Below are positions 25,601 through 39,656 of a stretch of DNA of 64,000 bases, in pieces. The notes beneath the pieces are model-generated. The model did not search any database. It was not told the origin of the DNA and worked only from the letters and a program-made list of their open reading frames with translations. The stretch's first letter is position 1; each line of letters begins with the position of its first letter. This DNA comes from Neovahlkampfia damariscottae. Its lineage: Eukaryota. Made by a program: the position numbers and the translations under genes. Location of the stretch: positions 1 through 64,000 of the forward strand of contig JABLTG010000109.1 in the NCBI GenBank assembly GCA_016618085.1, given 5' to 3'.

Positions 25601-28600
25601 ACAATTACTTCAGATACTCACCAAAATTTCACACTTTGGTTCGTAGATTCACATGGATTCCGCAACCAATTGTCTACAAATTTAATATCACTTTACTTTT
25701 TCAAGGTTGATTTGATCTCATTCAATGAAACCAGTCCTCAATTTGGAACTACAGGAACTACGTACAATCCAGTTGTGGGTCTAGAAACTACAAATATTCC
25801 ATCAAAATATCAAGATAAAATATCATGTGCTTCTTTTCCTTTTTCGCTTGCAACTGTACCTATTGGACAGAGTAAATATCAATGTACCATTTCCTCCAAT
25901 TCTGCTGGATTTAAAGATATTGGATTGAAATTCAATCGTGAATTTGAATACAAAATACCAAAGGTTCATAATACTTTCAAGAGATATATCAATTTACGTT
26001 ATGATTTCAATTTTGCGATTGAAGATGATTTTTATTTGAAATTCACAATGAACACTCAAAATATTATAGCAGCCGGAGAAATGAAAAATGATTGCAGTGA
26101 TTTGATAGTTACATTCAAAGGTAATGAAATTCAAAGAAATGTGACATCATGTGGGACACCCCAGTCAGTAATCAGTTTTAAAGTTCAAGAATCAAAAACT
26201 GGCAAAATCCAAGATTATTCTGTTTACTATTGGAATGAGGTTGCAAATGCAAAAGTATTAGATATAATAGGAACCCAATATTCAAAAACTCCTAATAAGA
26301 TTTTGAGCATTGGAAATGATGAACTGACACTGAACAGCAACTTCTTAAAATTTGGATTTTTTAAACAATTTTCTATTTTTAAAGTTGATCCAGTTGCTTC
26401 ATTGACTACAAATACATCTATCAAATTATGGAATGATTATCAAGATATTGATTACAACAATCAAGTCAGATTCGAAACAAGATACTCAAATGAAAAAAAT
26501 TCTGCCAATTATACTTCATTATTTGAATCAAACTTGTATTCCTCTGTTGGAAAACGTGTGAATATTTCATTATGGGTGATTTATATACCAACAGGAGAAG
26601 AATTACAAGCAACATTGAATAGTTTGGAATTCTTTTTTATGGATCATGTTCAAACTAAATATTTATTCCCATTTGTGGAGAAATTCTCAAATATTGAATC
26701 AACCAAAAACTCAACAATAAGAATCACTACCAGTTCAGATTTATTCACTGATAATGGTTTATATTGTCAATACTCACATAATGGCATCACAAAATATTCA
26801 AAAGCTTCATTTTTCAATTCTCACACCAAAGAAATTGAATGTTTTGTGGAATTTGAAAATTTAACTCAAAATACTGAATTGATTTCGTTTGATCTCTACA
26901 TGAATGTTTCAACTGAAAACCAAAATTTGAACTTTATCTTGACATCTACGAATTTGACATTTGTTTTCTTCAAAGAGCCAGTTCATTTTCAAATTCCTGC
27001 AACAATGACATCTGCTCATTTTGACACGGATTTTAAGTTAAATTTCACAAATCCAATGAAAATCAAAAATCAAAGAGTCAGTTTTGATGCTTTCACGATA
27101 AAGTTGAAACCAGAAATTCCCCAAAATCCATCTTCATTTTTGAATTGTAATTTTGCTGAATTGACTCCAACATGTAAATTCCAAAACTTAACATTTTCTC
27201 ATACTCCAATGAAACTTGATTATGAAATGGAAGTTATTTCTTCACATTTTCCTGTCAACAATGTTAAATTTAGAATTAATTCAAACATATTCAAACAAAA
27301 TGTCACTTTTAACACAGAATTTCCATATGTAGGCGATGCCATTCAACACCAAACGAACCCTCTTACAATTGAATTTAATATCTCAAAAAAATTACATCCA
27401 AATTATCAATTTTATTGTTTGATCGATTATGAAAGGATACCAATTACAAGAACAGCTTCTGAAGAAGTGTTCTTGTGTTCTTTTAAATCGAAAGGTGTTG
27501 AAGAAGATGTTAAGATATCATTAGGAATTGATTCAACAATAGATGGTTTATTTGGTATTATTTCAAATGAGAAATCAATAATTCAAATGGTGCTTCTGAA
27601 ATTTGTTCCTGAATTCTCTACTTATTCTGAAGTAAACTCTTTGGTGATCAAGAAGAATGATTCAATGCCATTTTTGGTTCCTGAAAAGTATCGATCAATT
27701 TCTCATCAAATACAATCCGAAACTGGAGAGGTTTTTGGTTGTATGAATAAGAAATTTGGAAATGGTTCTCTTTCATGTTCAAAAGGGAATATTCCGATGA
27801 TACTGCTCGGAATAGATATCACTTTGAAGAGATTTAAATTACAATACAAAATTTCATCAATTCATGTTGATTTAGTGAGCATTCGACAAAAGTTGATTTT
27901 ACATAGCAATCATCAAATTACTTCATTATCTCCTCTTGCAGCTTTGAGAGGAAATAATTTAAATGTTACCTTGGAGTTTGATGGAACTGCTTTGGAAGAT
28001 AATATTGGTATTCCAATCGATTTTTATTGTGAATATAATCAAATAGGTTCATTAGCTTCAAAAATAGATTCAAAATCAATGAAATGTCCTGTCAGATTTA
28101 TCCATCATGACTTGTCAAATATTAAATTCAAATCTTATTTCAGGGTACCTTCAATGGCAGTGGACAAAGAAATATTCATGACTTTGACTGATTCAAATAC
28201 ATTTTATTATTTGAATTCATCAAAGATTGTTTTCACTAATACAAATCAAACTCTTTTTTATTTAACAACAGAAATAGCTAATTACTTTGTCAATATTACA
28301 ACATTGATACCACCACATTTACTTGACAAATTTCAAACAAAATTGTCTGATGCTTCTGACTTCAGTGACTCAAATAGTTATATTTCATCCAATGCCAATA
28401 CTCATCAGTTCAAATCATCAACAACAACTTTATTTGGTGGTAAAAAAGAATTGTCATTATGGTATAGAGAAAATGAATACAGCTTTCAGATTTCTTCAAA
28501 TAGTTTGGAAGTTGTGTATGCAGTTCCTGCTTTGATTACAGGATTATCACCTTCTGCTATTATTGTCAATAGAACAACAACGCTTACCATCTCTACAGGT

Positions 28601-31600
28601 TTTCAAACTAATCTAGATTATGGTTCAGGAATTAATTTCACATGCAAGTATGGAACAAATGAAAGTAAATACGCAGGAAGTTCACATGCGACTTTTAATT
28701 CAAATGGTCTATTTTTCTGCCCAATTCAATCGAGTATTGAAGGAAAAATATTTGTTAGTGTTTGGATGAAGGCAAAGGGCGTTGAAAGAAAAATCACTGT
28801 TGTAGATGAATCATTGTTAATACTGGACTCCAATTTCTTCACACCTTCAATCGGATTTCCAACAGGAAATCAAGTGGTGAAGATATTTGATTATACAAAT
28901 CCTGAATCGAATGTGACATTTAATGATCCTTTCCTTCACAAATATTTCTTTGATTGTGAGAAAATAACAACAATTTTGGAATGTCAAACACCTGTTCTTT
29001 CAAATACCACAGCAATATTCAATTCATACGGTCTTAGTTTTACCAAGTTTTCAAAGAATCTATCAATTCCATGGATACTCTATGAAGAAAGAGAAATTAT
29101 CAATTTACATCCAAAATACATTCCTTCAAATGTTTTAAACTTTCATATCAATTTAACATTCAGTGATTCAATTTCAATTCAAGAAGGAAGTTTATTTTTC
29201 ATTTTTTCACCAGAAACGAATGAGAGAAAAGATTTTGATTTTGGGTCTGTTCAAAACTCAATTGATGTTTCAAAACCAATATCTCCATTTGCTTCAGAAA
29301 AGAATGGAATTTTTGAAATTCAATTATTCTATCAAAATCAAAATAGTATTGAATTTAGAAATATGTTTCCAATTTCTAAAAAGCAAAATGTTACCTTCAT
29401 TTCAAAGTCATCAATTCAATTGACATCTGAGACTAATTTATTCAATATTGGAATGAAAACAAATATTACAATCAAATTTGATGAGATTTCAAAATTAAAA
29501 CTAAATCCAATTGAAAAACAATTTATCAAATGTAAATTAGGATCAAATTTTGTGAGATCATTCATAAAATCATCTGAAGAATTTATCTGTGAAATAGAAT
29601 CATCAACAGCAAAATTAGATGCTCTGTCTATGTATTTTATTCATGACAGTGCATTGGAACAAGAGATTTTGTTGTCTAAAAATTCAATTCCTATCGTTTT
29701 TGTTGACAGAATTGTTATTAATTCTGTTCTTCCGACTTCAACAATATCAAGTGAGCAACAAATTTCATTTGAGACAAATTATAACAACCTTTATGGTTCA
29801 ACTGTTTCATACAAATGTAGTTATGGCTCACCAATTCAAATCAGTTTTGCTAATTTGATAGATGGTTATTTTAATTGTACAATCAGAAAACAAGGATTAA
29901 ATGCAACTTCAATGAATGTATCAATCATAGTTGAGTCAAAATTAAAAGGAAATTATTTGCCATTTTCAAATAACTCAAAAGAATTTTTCTTTATGAATCA
30001 AATTGATTTGTTATCAATCAGTCCTCACGGTGAAGCTTATTTGGAATTATCTAAAAAGCAAAGAACTGTCAAATTATCATTGAAAGATGATTTGATCACA
30101 ACAAAGAACGTTTACTGCAAATACACATCAAATGAAGGAACAAAATACTCAAGAGTGCGCTACTACCAACAACAGAAGAATGGTATCTCTTGTGAAATTC
30201 AAAAATCAATGTTTTCTGAATCAGTTGACATCATTGACATTCAATTGTTTATGAATTCATCTAATTTGTTTCATTTTGATTTGTCATCCAATAATCAAAG
30301 CTACTTATTTGTAAGGGATGATATTCAATGGACAACACCAAAAGTAATTGAACCAAAAAATTTGATAGTTGAATTGAATTACTTTATTCCATTCAGAAAT
30401 CAATTCAAATTTGAAATTCAGTTGCTCCTAAATTTGGCAAATGAATCAACAAAGTTATTGTCTTGTAATTCAGTTCTAGGTTCAAGAATCAAATGTAATT
30501 TGCCAAAAGACTTCTTGGAATCTATCAAAATTGTTCCAATTCAATTGAATTTCACATTTATTGTGACTCATAAACACTCATTAGAGTCTTTCACTGTTCA
30601 AATTGATCGTTTGCATTTCTATCAATCTATTGAATTCCAACATATCAAACCTCATTATATTTCATACAATGAAAGATTAAATTACCCATTTCGATTGATT
30701 GGGAATACTAATTTGAGTTTGAATTCAAAAGAATATCGTTTCATTTGTACCATCACACAAAATGGAACATCAATATTAAAGAATGCTACTTTTGATTTAA
30801 AAGAATCAGAGTATCAACCAAATTTGAATAGAACCTCTCATTTTGCTTGTACATTCAATAGTTTTGGTTCAAAAACAGAAAATTATGAGTTGACATTATC
30901 CTTCAATTCTGTCAATGGAAATAACTTATTGACAAAGAATTCAAGCACTATTTATGTTTTTGAAAAAGGATTTACATTGAATAAATTCTATGGATCGAAC
31001 AAAGGAGGATATGAAATTGGAAAAGTTACTTTTTCAAAGAAATTACCAACTTCTACTTACAATGACTATTCTTATTCATTGAAATTACAAGATAGAAATT
31101 CAGAAATTCCCATCACAAAAGCAACATTTATTGGTGATGGTTTTGTATTCACAATGGTGGATGTTTCTCAATATTATAAATTATGGAATGTTGTAGAAAG
31201 AAGAATGAAATTAAATTTATACATCAATGGAATCCGCGCAATCTCATTTTTTCCTCTTTTCACTTTTTTTCGTAAGAATGATTGATTAACTTTTACTTTA
31301 GAAATCACAATTGATGAGATTTCACCTTCAACAAAAGTGAAATTGAATACTAAGACAATGTTAACATTCAAAATCAAAGAAAAATTCAATCAAAAACATC
31401 AAGTCAGTGTAAAGTTTGTGAATGATTACGGTGAAATTAAGACTGAAAGTTGTAAACTTTCATTGGAAAACAGTATACAATGTTTTTCTCCATCTTTTGA
31501 CAAAATTGCTTTGAATGTGAGAATTTATTTCTCAATCAATTCAGGACCAGAATTTGATACTGAAAAATCACTTCAAATTTATGATGAAAAAACTCTTCAA

Positions 31601-34600
31601 TTTCTGTCCATTTCACCAAAATTACTTTCCCCTTATACTACAAATGAAGTTGTTATTAATGGTTATTTTATGAAAAATGAATCAACTGTCAAAATTCGAT
31701 ACACTAATTCAAGATTGATTACTGAGATTGTTGATGTTTTAAATAATGATACAACTATTATTTCAAAACCTCCTTCATTTTTCTTGACAAACCATGAAGC
31801 ATCTGTGAACACTATTCAAATTGAAGTTTCATTTGACAATGGAAACTATTTTCAAATGACGAATTTGACAGTTGAATTTGGTTCCATAGATCCAATTATT
31901 TTGAAACCTTCAAAGGTACCACAAAATCTTCCATTTTCAATGGAACTGATTTCAGTACCATTGATTCATTTTTCAAAGGATAATGTTTCATTTATTTTAG
32001 TGTCGAGTTCAAACTCCATCTTGTTGACTTGCAATGTACTATTCAATAAGTGTAATTCGATCAATTCAAATCAAATTATACCTGGAACATACACATTGAA
32101 TATATTTGTGAACTCTGATATTTCAAATCTTATCTCATCCAAATTAACAGTTTATGGTAAGTCAACTCTTTGTCTTTTTATTTTTTTTAGAAACTCCAAT
32201 CTTTGGAAAAGTACTTCCAGAAATATTTTATAGAGAAATGAGTTCACCTATTTCAATACTTGGTTCAAAATTCACCACTGATGATATAGTTATTTTACTT
32301 TCATCAACCAACAATTTATTTGCAAGTTCAAACAATAAATCAGTAAGCATCAAAGTGAAACCAATCTATTCAAATGGAAATTCAATCTCAGTCAATTTAC
32401 CAAAAATCAATGAAACAACCCTCACTTTATACATCAGTTTCAATGGAGGGGAGTATTATCATCCAATCAAAGATGTTCAAATAATTGAAACACCAAACTT
32501 TGAACTGATCAAAAATCAAGATTCACTAAGAAAAGATTCGACTGGATTTTCATTCAGAGATTCAAATTTACAATTGATAGGACAATTCTTTTATACTTCA
32601 CCTTTGAAAATTAGAGTTTCGAATCAACTTGCCACAAAAGTGTACAACAGTTCTTATACCATCAAATCTTCAAATTTAATTGAATTCAATTTACCACAAA
32701 TTTATGATCTTGATCTTCCATTTGCTATTTCATTCCCAGTTACTTTCAAATTTGGAATTTCTTTCAATGATGGTTATGAATACTTTGAAAGAGATATTTT
32801 GTATTTAGACAAATACACAACACTATTTTTGTTTCAAGCAAATCCTTCAATACTTGCAAGAAAAGCCCAAAAATTATCCATTCAAGGTATTGGTTTTGAA
32901 TATGCAGAAAAATGTCAAATCAAAAAAAATGGAATTTTGATATATGAGTCCAACATTGAAAAAGTATCTACATCTCAAGTTTTTTGTAATATAACTGATT
33001 CATCAATTTTACAAGGAGGTGTCACCTCACTTGATCTTTTTGTTTCAAACGTGTTCAATGATTCATCAAATGTTTTTAAACTCACTGTTTATGGTATCGA
33101 AATAATTTTCTAATTTCTATTTTTTTTAGATGATCCTATACCTCTTAGTCTCAGTAGAAGTAGTGGATTGACAATTGGAAATTTTTCCATTGGAATTACA
33201 GTGAATGAAGTTACAGATGACAAAATATACTGTAAATTTGGTTCATTGGAATGTGAAAATCCTTGTGTTACAGTAAATTCAACGTTTATTATTTGCCATG
33301 GTTAGAGTGATCATTTCTTTTAATTATCTTTTAGTTGATGCTTATCCTACTGGAACTTTCACTTTTTATATTGGCTACAACAAAATAGATTGGAATTTCA
33401 ATCCATTATTGAATTTCACATTCATTCCATGTGATGCTGGTTATACTGCTGAAACTTATTCCACCAATTGTTATCCATGTCCTCAAGGAACTTATAAATT
33501 AACTTCAGGATTGTATGATTGTATATCTTGTCCAAAAAATCAATATTCAAATGCAACAGGATCAACAACTTGTATTCAATGTCCTAATAAGAAGGTTTCA
33601 ATTGAAAAATCAACATCAATTGAATCTTGCGTTTGTGATAAAGGATTTTACAAAAATCCTGCAAATGAAAAAGAATGTTATACATGTCCAGTAGGGGCCA
33701 TTTGTTCAAAAGAAAATTTAACCATCCCAGAAGCACTACCTGGTTATTGGTTTTCAAGAAATGACATAAATTCATTTTATTTATGTAATCCAAAGCAAGC
33801 ATGTGGAGGAGGAAAAGATGGAAATTGTACAATCGGATATACAGGTCTTAGATGTGGTTATTGTTCATTGGACTACTACAAATCAGTAAGTCACAGAAAA
33901 TTCATTAAAAACTTTTTAGAAAAACAAATGTCAAGCTTGTGGTGATGTATTTTCTACATTGCTTAAATTAGCTCTGTTGATTGTTGTTTTGATTGTATTG
34001 ATGATTTTCTTATTTGTTACTTCTACTTATTATCCTTCTTTATTGACATCAACAAGTATCACAATGTCATTTTGGCAAGTTCTATCAATCATTTCAAAAT
34101 ATGATATCAAATGGCCTTGGACAATTGAAACAACATTGACTGCAGCTTCAACCTCAAACTTTAATTTTGATTTTCTTGCAACAGCTTGTTTATTAAGAGG
34201 TGTTTCATTTGTAAGATTTTTTCAATATTAATTTGATTCAAAAGGTTCCTCTTTGGATTGTTAAAATGTTAATTCCACTGGGTTTGGTTGTTTTATTCAT
34301 TGGAATTTATATATTCAGTGAATTAAGATCTTTATTCGCTGGAACAATTGGTCACAAAATAGTGAAGGCAATGAACATTAAATATTTGAGACCACCTGAT
34401 ATCGAACCTGAAATGTCAAAATTCCAATCATTTCAAATATGGTTTATTCGACAAATCATATGGCTTTATAATTTAGCTATTTGGGTTCCAAGGCATAAAT
34501 CAACACGTCAAGATTTCAAAATTCTTTTTAATAGATTGTTGAATACTTTCAGTGCTTATATTAGTTTTCTTTATATTTTCATGATGACAACAGCATCTGA

Positions 34601-35698
34601 AATATTTGTCTGTACAGCTCAAAAGAATGGATCTTATACAATGAATGAATCAGCTGATATTTTATGTTTCAAAGATGAATGGTGGGCTTTGTTTCCAATT
34701 GCATTTATTTGGTACGCAATTTTCGGTTTTGGAATTTTAGTTTACTTTGGATTAATGGTTATTCAAAGAAAGAAAAACAAGAATGATGAATTATTTCAAT
34801 TAAGATTCAGATTTGTCTTATTGAGATTCAAGAACAAATTTTTTTATTGGAAGATTGTTGAAACGTAAGTTATTTGTTTTATCAAATTGACTGTTTTTTT
34901 TAGTGTCCGTTTGATGGTTATCACGATGCTGAATATTTTCTTTCAACCTTTATTTGTGATTACTTTATCATTGGGAATCATCTTCATTGCATTACTTTTG
35001 CATTTACAATTTGTTCCTTTCAAAAGAAAATTCCAGTAAGTTTCAACATTCATTAAACCAATGAAAAGTAATATTATGGAGTATATCATGCTTCTAGCAA
35101 CATTATTGACATTATTTTTTGGTTTATTGTTTTTGAGTTCCAAAAATATTGAAAGAGGAATTGGTATTTTCATTGAAATCATTTCCATTGGAATTATTGT
35201 TCTCAGCAATGTTCTGGCTGTTGGAATGACAATTTGGGACATTTACACTAGAAGAAAAAATATTGGAAAACGAGCAAAGAAAGAAAGAAGAAATACAAGA
35301 AATATGAAAGCAAGAAAAGTGATCATCAAAGAAGATAAAGAATATGAGTAAGAAAAACTATCAACCAATTAAAATCTAGTTTTCATTACAATTGGAGAAA
35401 ATGGAATATTTCATCAGACGAAGATTCAAAATTGACTATGAATCAAATTTTTGAAAATTTGTTTTCCTTTGGAAGAGTAAAGAGAAAAGTGTATTTGATT
35501 TCAAGAAAAGGAAAAAAAGTCGCAAAGAAAGTGGGTAAAGTTAAGAATGTAATTCCAATTGTTGCAGGTACTTTCATTGAACATAAAGATGAAAAGGAAA
35601 AACCAGTGGAAGATGATGAATATTACAATGCTCATAGAAATTTCTTGGAAGGACTTCCTGTGAAAAAAGTTCAACCAGAATCAAAAATTGAAGAATAA
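19643..35698 (+). CDS. Giant (~5000 aa) receptor-like surface protein: lectin-like N-terminus, 22 EGF-like repeats, LRR, IPT/TIG-like repeats, DUF2341-like, ephrin-receptor-like Cys repeats, multipass TM domain
   Basis: Signal peptide at 19643; consecutive ORFs separated only by ~30-40-nt GT-AG introns; LETLDLSHNQI (LRR); CYPCPQGTYK repeats; C-terminal hydrophobic helices (SFWQVLSII...WP, CFKDEW). Confidence 0.85.
21220..23740 (+). repeat. Array of 22 degenerate EGF-like coding repeats (~38 aa each)
   Basis: Counted 22 CxCxxG(Y/W/F)xGxxC-type units in the translation. Confidence 0.9.
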
Positions 35699-35793
35699 AA
35701 ATTCTTGTCAAGTTCTTTCAATTGGTTGAATTCTCAGACAAAGAAGAAAGCATTATTAAATCAATAAAAGGTTTAAAAATTAAGTTTCATTCA

Positions 35794-36215
35794 ATTACAT
35801 TATTTGACAATCCTTTTTTTCTTGGTGCTTAGATGAAGATTTTTTGGTTGATTGTATTTATGTATCTCACTAAGTATTGCATAAAATACTTCTTCAACAT
35901 TTACACACAATTTAACTGACATTTCAAAGAATAAAACATTATTAAATTTTTCAGCAAATTTTCTACCTTCTTCATAAGATACTGCTCTTTAATCAGATTT
36001 ATTGATCCAACTTTATAAGAGCCAAAGATGCTGATGATTTTCCAATAATTCTAATTGGAAATAAAATTGACATTGAAGAGCTCTATAAAGTTGGATCAAT
36101 AAAGTTATCACAAAAATAGTTTTGAGTAAATTGGATGCACAAAGTTGATTTTCCTACTCCTGATAATTGGGTTATTAAATTTACCACCAACTCCTAGTAC
36201 AGAAATTTTGAACAG
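35794..36215 (-). pseudogene. Rearranged Ras/Rap-family GTPase pseudogene
   Basis: Minus strand: FKISVLGVG[25-nt intron 36160-36184]GVGKSTLCIQF...FIDPTL*; then RAVSYEEGRKFAE...FFEMSVK...NVEEVFY and a frameshifted KKDCQIM* CaaX. The G4 segment IRAKDADDFPIILIGNKIDIEE lies on the opposite strand; G3 is absent. Confidence 0.85.
35998..36103. repeat. Perfect 20-bp inverted repeat flanking a 66-bp segment
   Basis: TTTATTGATCCAACTTTATA (35998-36017) and TATAAAGTTGGATCAATAAA (36084-36103). Confidence 0.95.
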
Positions 36216-36323
36216 TGATTGGATAAATAAAAAGGAATGTTTATTTTCCATATTGTTAATTTTTTTGGAATGAATAAAAAAGTATTTTTGTTGGTCCAAT
36301 CATTGGTGACTTTACAAAAACAA

Positions 36324-37330
36324 ATGGAAACTCACATTGTTCAAGACCACAAAGTCAGAATTGATGCATATCTCCACAAAAATGTTTTAAATCATCTTTC
36401 AAAAACCAAAATACAAAACCTAATCGAATCTGGTGAAATCACAGTCAAAAACCAAAAAACACCATTAAAAACCTCATACAAATTAAAACAAAATGAAGAA
36501 ATTCTAATAAACAAAGAAGCAATAAAACCAAAAAAAGAAGAAAATTTTTTGTTAAAAAAAGAAAATTTAAACCTGCAAATCATTTTTGAAGATGAAGATT
36601 TGTTGATTGTAAATAAAAAAAGTGGTATGGTAGTTCATCCAACAGAAGGAAAAGATGAATCAGGAACATTAGTCAATGGTCTTTTATATCATCTTGGCAA
36701 TGTTGAAAAATTATCTTTAAAAGATACAATTCGTCCTGGTATTGTTCATCGAATAGATAAGTATACAAGTGGTTTATTGGTAGTTGCAAAAAATGATGAA
36801 TCACATAATTTCTTGAAAGAACAACTTGAAGAACATACAATGATTAGAAGTTATATAGGATTGGTCATTAATCATCTTCAAAATGAAAAAGGAACAATTG
36901 ACGCTCCTATTGGTCATAATAACACCCAAAATAATCAAAAATTAGGTTCTTATACAACTTCAAATGATGCTAAAAATCCTAAAAAAGCTATCACTCATTA
37001 TAAATTATTGAAGAATTATCAATTTAAAGAAAAGAAATTTTCATTGGTTGAATTTCAGCTTGAAACTGGAAGAACACATCAAATTAGTTAGTTATTTAAT
37101 CCTATTAACTATTTTCAGGAGTTCATATGAGTTCAATTTCGAGACCTTTGATTGGAGATACTTTGTATGGTCCAAAAAAAGGATCTCAAACATTTAAAGT
37201 TGAAGGTCCAATTTTACATGCAAAACAACTTGGTTTTGTGCATCCAAAAACGAAAAAAGAGGTTCTATTTGAAGCTAAAATACCTGAATATTTTCAATCT
37301 CTTCTGGATAAACTAACAGAGTCTGATTAA
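36324..37330 (+). CDS. RluA/RluD-family pseudouridine synthase with S4 domain
   Basis: RIDAYL (S4), VNKKSGMVVHP, RPGIVHRIDKYTSGL (catalytic Asp), LETGRTHQI/RVHM across one intron, IGDTLYG, LHAKQLGFVHP. Confidence 0.95.
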
Positions 37331-37994
37331 AAAAGAGTATTCATTTCAAGTGTTGAATTGAGAAAAAGTATCAAATTTTTCGTTCCGGAAGCATCTTGAT
37401 TTGGTTAAAAAAAATTAGTTAAAATGATTGGTTTACATTATTTTTCAACACAATTAGACAAGAGAGAATGAACAACTCCTGACCTTCATGTTATTTTGCT
37501 TTATTTTTTCTCATAATTCAAATTGTTATGAGTTTATTTCAAAGACAGCCTGATGAAGTTGCCATTGAAAGGAAAAGGTGAGGTGTTGAAGTTAATTTCT
37601 TCAAAATGAATGAAAATCCTTTTTGAAAACCTTATTTAGTTGAAAAGGATTTGATAATTTAGAAGAAATAAATTTTAATTTTTAAATTGAAAACTAAAAG
37701 TAAAAATTTTCACCTAGAATTAAATTAAAATTCATGAGAAGAGAAATACTTCATTTCTGAAATGAATTTTGGTTTTTATTTCCAGGATTTGAATTAGAGT
37801 AATACCTTTTCACAGTTAATACATAATAATTGCAATTCCTTTTGCTTCAGTTGTAGAAGTGAAAACTGGTTTTTTTTAGGAGAATTATTTGTGCATTTTG
37901 AGTGATCACCTTGTATATGAGTTTAGATAAATTTCCATGGGCTCAAAGCCCAACAAAAACAATAATTTTTTTTACTAAAAATCAACTTTTTTAT

Positions 37995-39480
37995 TTAGAG
38001 TGATTTAGCAAGTTTATAAGCTTTTTCAAGATCAATAATACCAGCACCATAAACATTGTTTGGTCCAGTTGATGGTGATTGACAATCTCTTGTTGATCTT
38101 TCTCTTGATGATTTTTGTAAAATTTCAATAGTTTTATCGATTTTTCCTTTGAGTTTTGGAACAGCTGACCACAATAAACCAACAGCACCATTAAGACATG
38201 GAGCAGCCATACTTTAAAAGTGTCAAAAAAAAAAAGTGATTTTTCTTACCTTGTGCCACTCATAGCTGAGTATCTGTTGTTTGAAGCTCCAGGCATAGCA
38301 CCTTCAACTCCTTGACCTGGAGTTGCAAAATCTGGTTTAACTAAGTTGTTCATTGGTCCTCTTGATGAAAAAGAAGCAATATTTTCTGATCTTGTAGCTA
38401 AAGCTCCAGCACAGATAACTTCTTTGTAGAAACCTGGTTCAGTGATTGATGAACATCTTGGTCCTGAATTTCCGCATGATTTAACAAAAAGTGAACCAGC
38501 AGCTCTTAAAGCTTGAATTGATGGTAATAAACCACATGATCTGCAAACATATGAATGTGATGTAACATGAGGTCTTAAGTCTGGTTTTGGGTTTTTTCCA
38601 TCAACTTTTTAGGTTTTGTTAAAATTATTAAAAGTGACTTACGGTCATGTGGAGCTAAGAAAAATTGTAAACATTTAACAAAGTTTGATGGTCTTCCAGT
38701 TCTTCCAAATGCTTTACAATGAATCCATTTTGCTTTTGGTGCAACACCAACTTGTTTACCTGGTTTACCTCCAATGATTGTTGAAAGAGTATGAGTACCA
38801 TGACCATGTGAATCAACAGGAACTTTTGAGTTTTCAGAAGCATCAAACCAATTGTAATTATGGTTAATTTCACCGTTTTTATTTCCTCTGTATGCTTTTT
38901 GAACAGCTTCATGAGTGAAGTGAGCACCAGTATCAGCATTTCCTAAAACCATACCTTTTCCTTTGAATCCTAATTTCCATAAAGCTGGTGCTTTAACGTA
39001 ATCAATATTCCATGCAGGAGCATCAGTTGAAGTTGAGACATTCAAATCTTTTGAGTTGATGAATTCTTCATCTTCAAATGGGTTAATAACTCCATTGAGC
39101 CAGATTCTTTTAACTTCGGACATTTTAGCGAATACTTCAAGGTCTTTCATGTCAACACCAAAAACAGCGTATGTGTTTTGGATCCATAAATTATCATATT
39201 TGAATTTTTTTTGGTTCAAAAAGTTAACAATGTTTGATGAAGTTTTAGCTGAAGCTCCTCTAATAGCATCATATACAGCTCTACCTTTTGGAATCCAGTC
39301 TAAGTGGTCAACTGATTTTGCGAGAGCAGTGTAGTCAATTTGTTCTAATTCAACCATAACATCAGTTTTACCTCCTTTGAGTTCAAGGTTAGCAATAACA
39401 TCAGCTGTAATTTTTTCACTGTATTGAAGTGAAAATGAAAAAAGTACGAGTAAAACACAAAGTGTGAGTGTGTATTTCAT
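37995..39480 (-). CDS. Secreted S8 subtilisin (bacillopeptidase F-like) with propeptide
   Basis: Signal peptide; triad ADTG, HGHGTHT, SGT/SMAAP; NHNYNWFDA; NNVYGAG; two short introns. Confidence 0.92.
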
Positions 39481-39656
39481 TTTGTTTTGTCCGAGTGACC
39501 AATGAAATTGTTTCCAAAACTTATAAACCAATAATTGAACCTGACAACTTCCAAAACTTCGACATCAATTTTTTTTAATTTTGAATTGTAAAAGTTCACT
39601 TTTTCAGCTTTGAAAAAAATTGGCCAATCAACTGTTGATAATTTTGAAAAACAAAG

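Noticed and set aside
21048..29858. Many alternative-frame and antisense ORFs inside the giant gene
   Set aside because: Shadow ORFs of a Cys/Asn-rich AT-biased CDS, with no recognisable motifs.
35998..36103. MITE with terminal inverted repeats
   Set aside because: The arms derive from Ras switch I coding sequence, the interior is Ras sequence, and no target-site duplication is evident.
37330..37990. Long intergenic region with small hairpins (e.g. TGGGCT-CAA-AGCCCA near 37938) as a possible ncRNA
   Set aside because: No recognisable snRNA, snoRNA or tRNA signature; the short stems could arise by chance.
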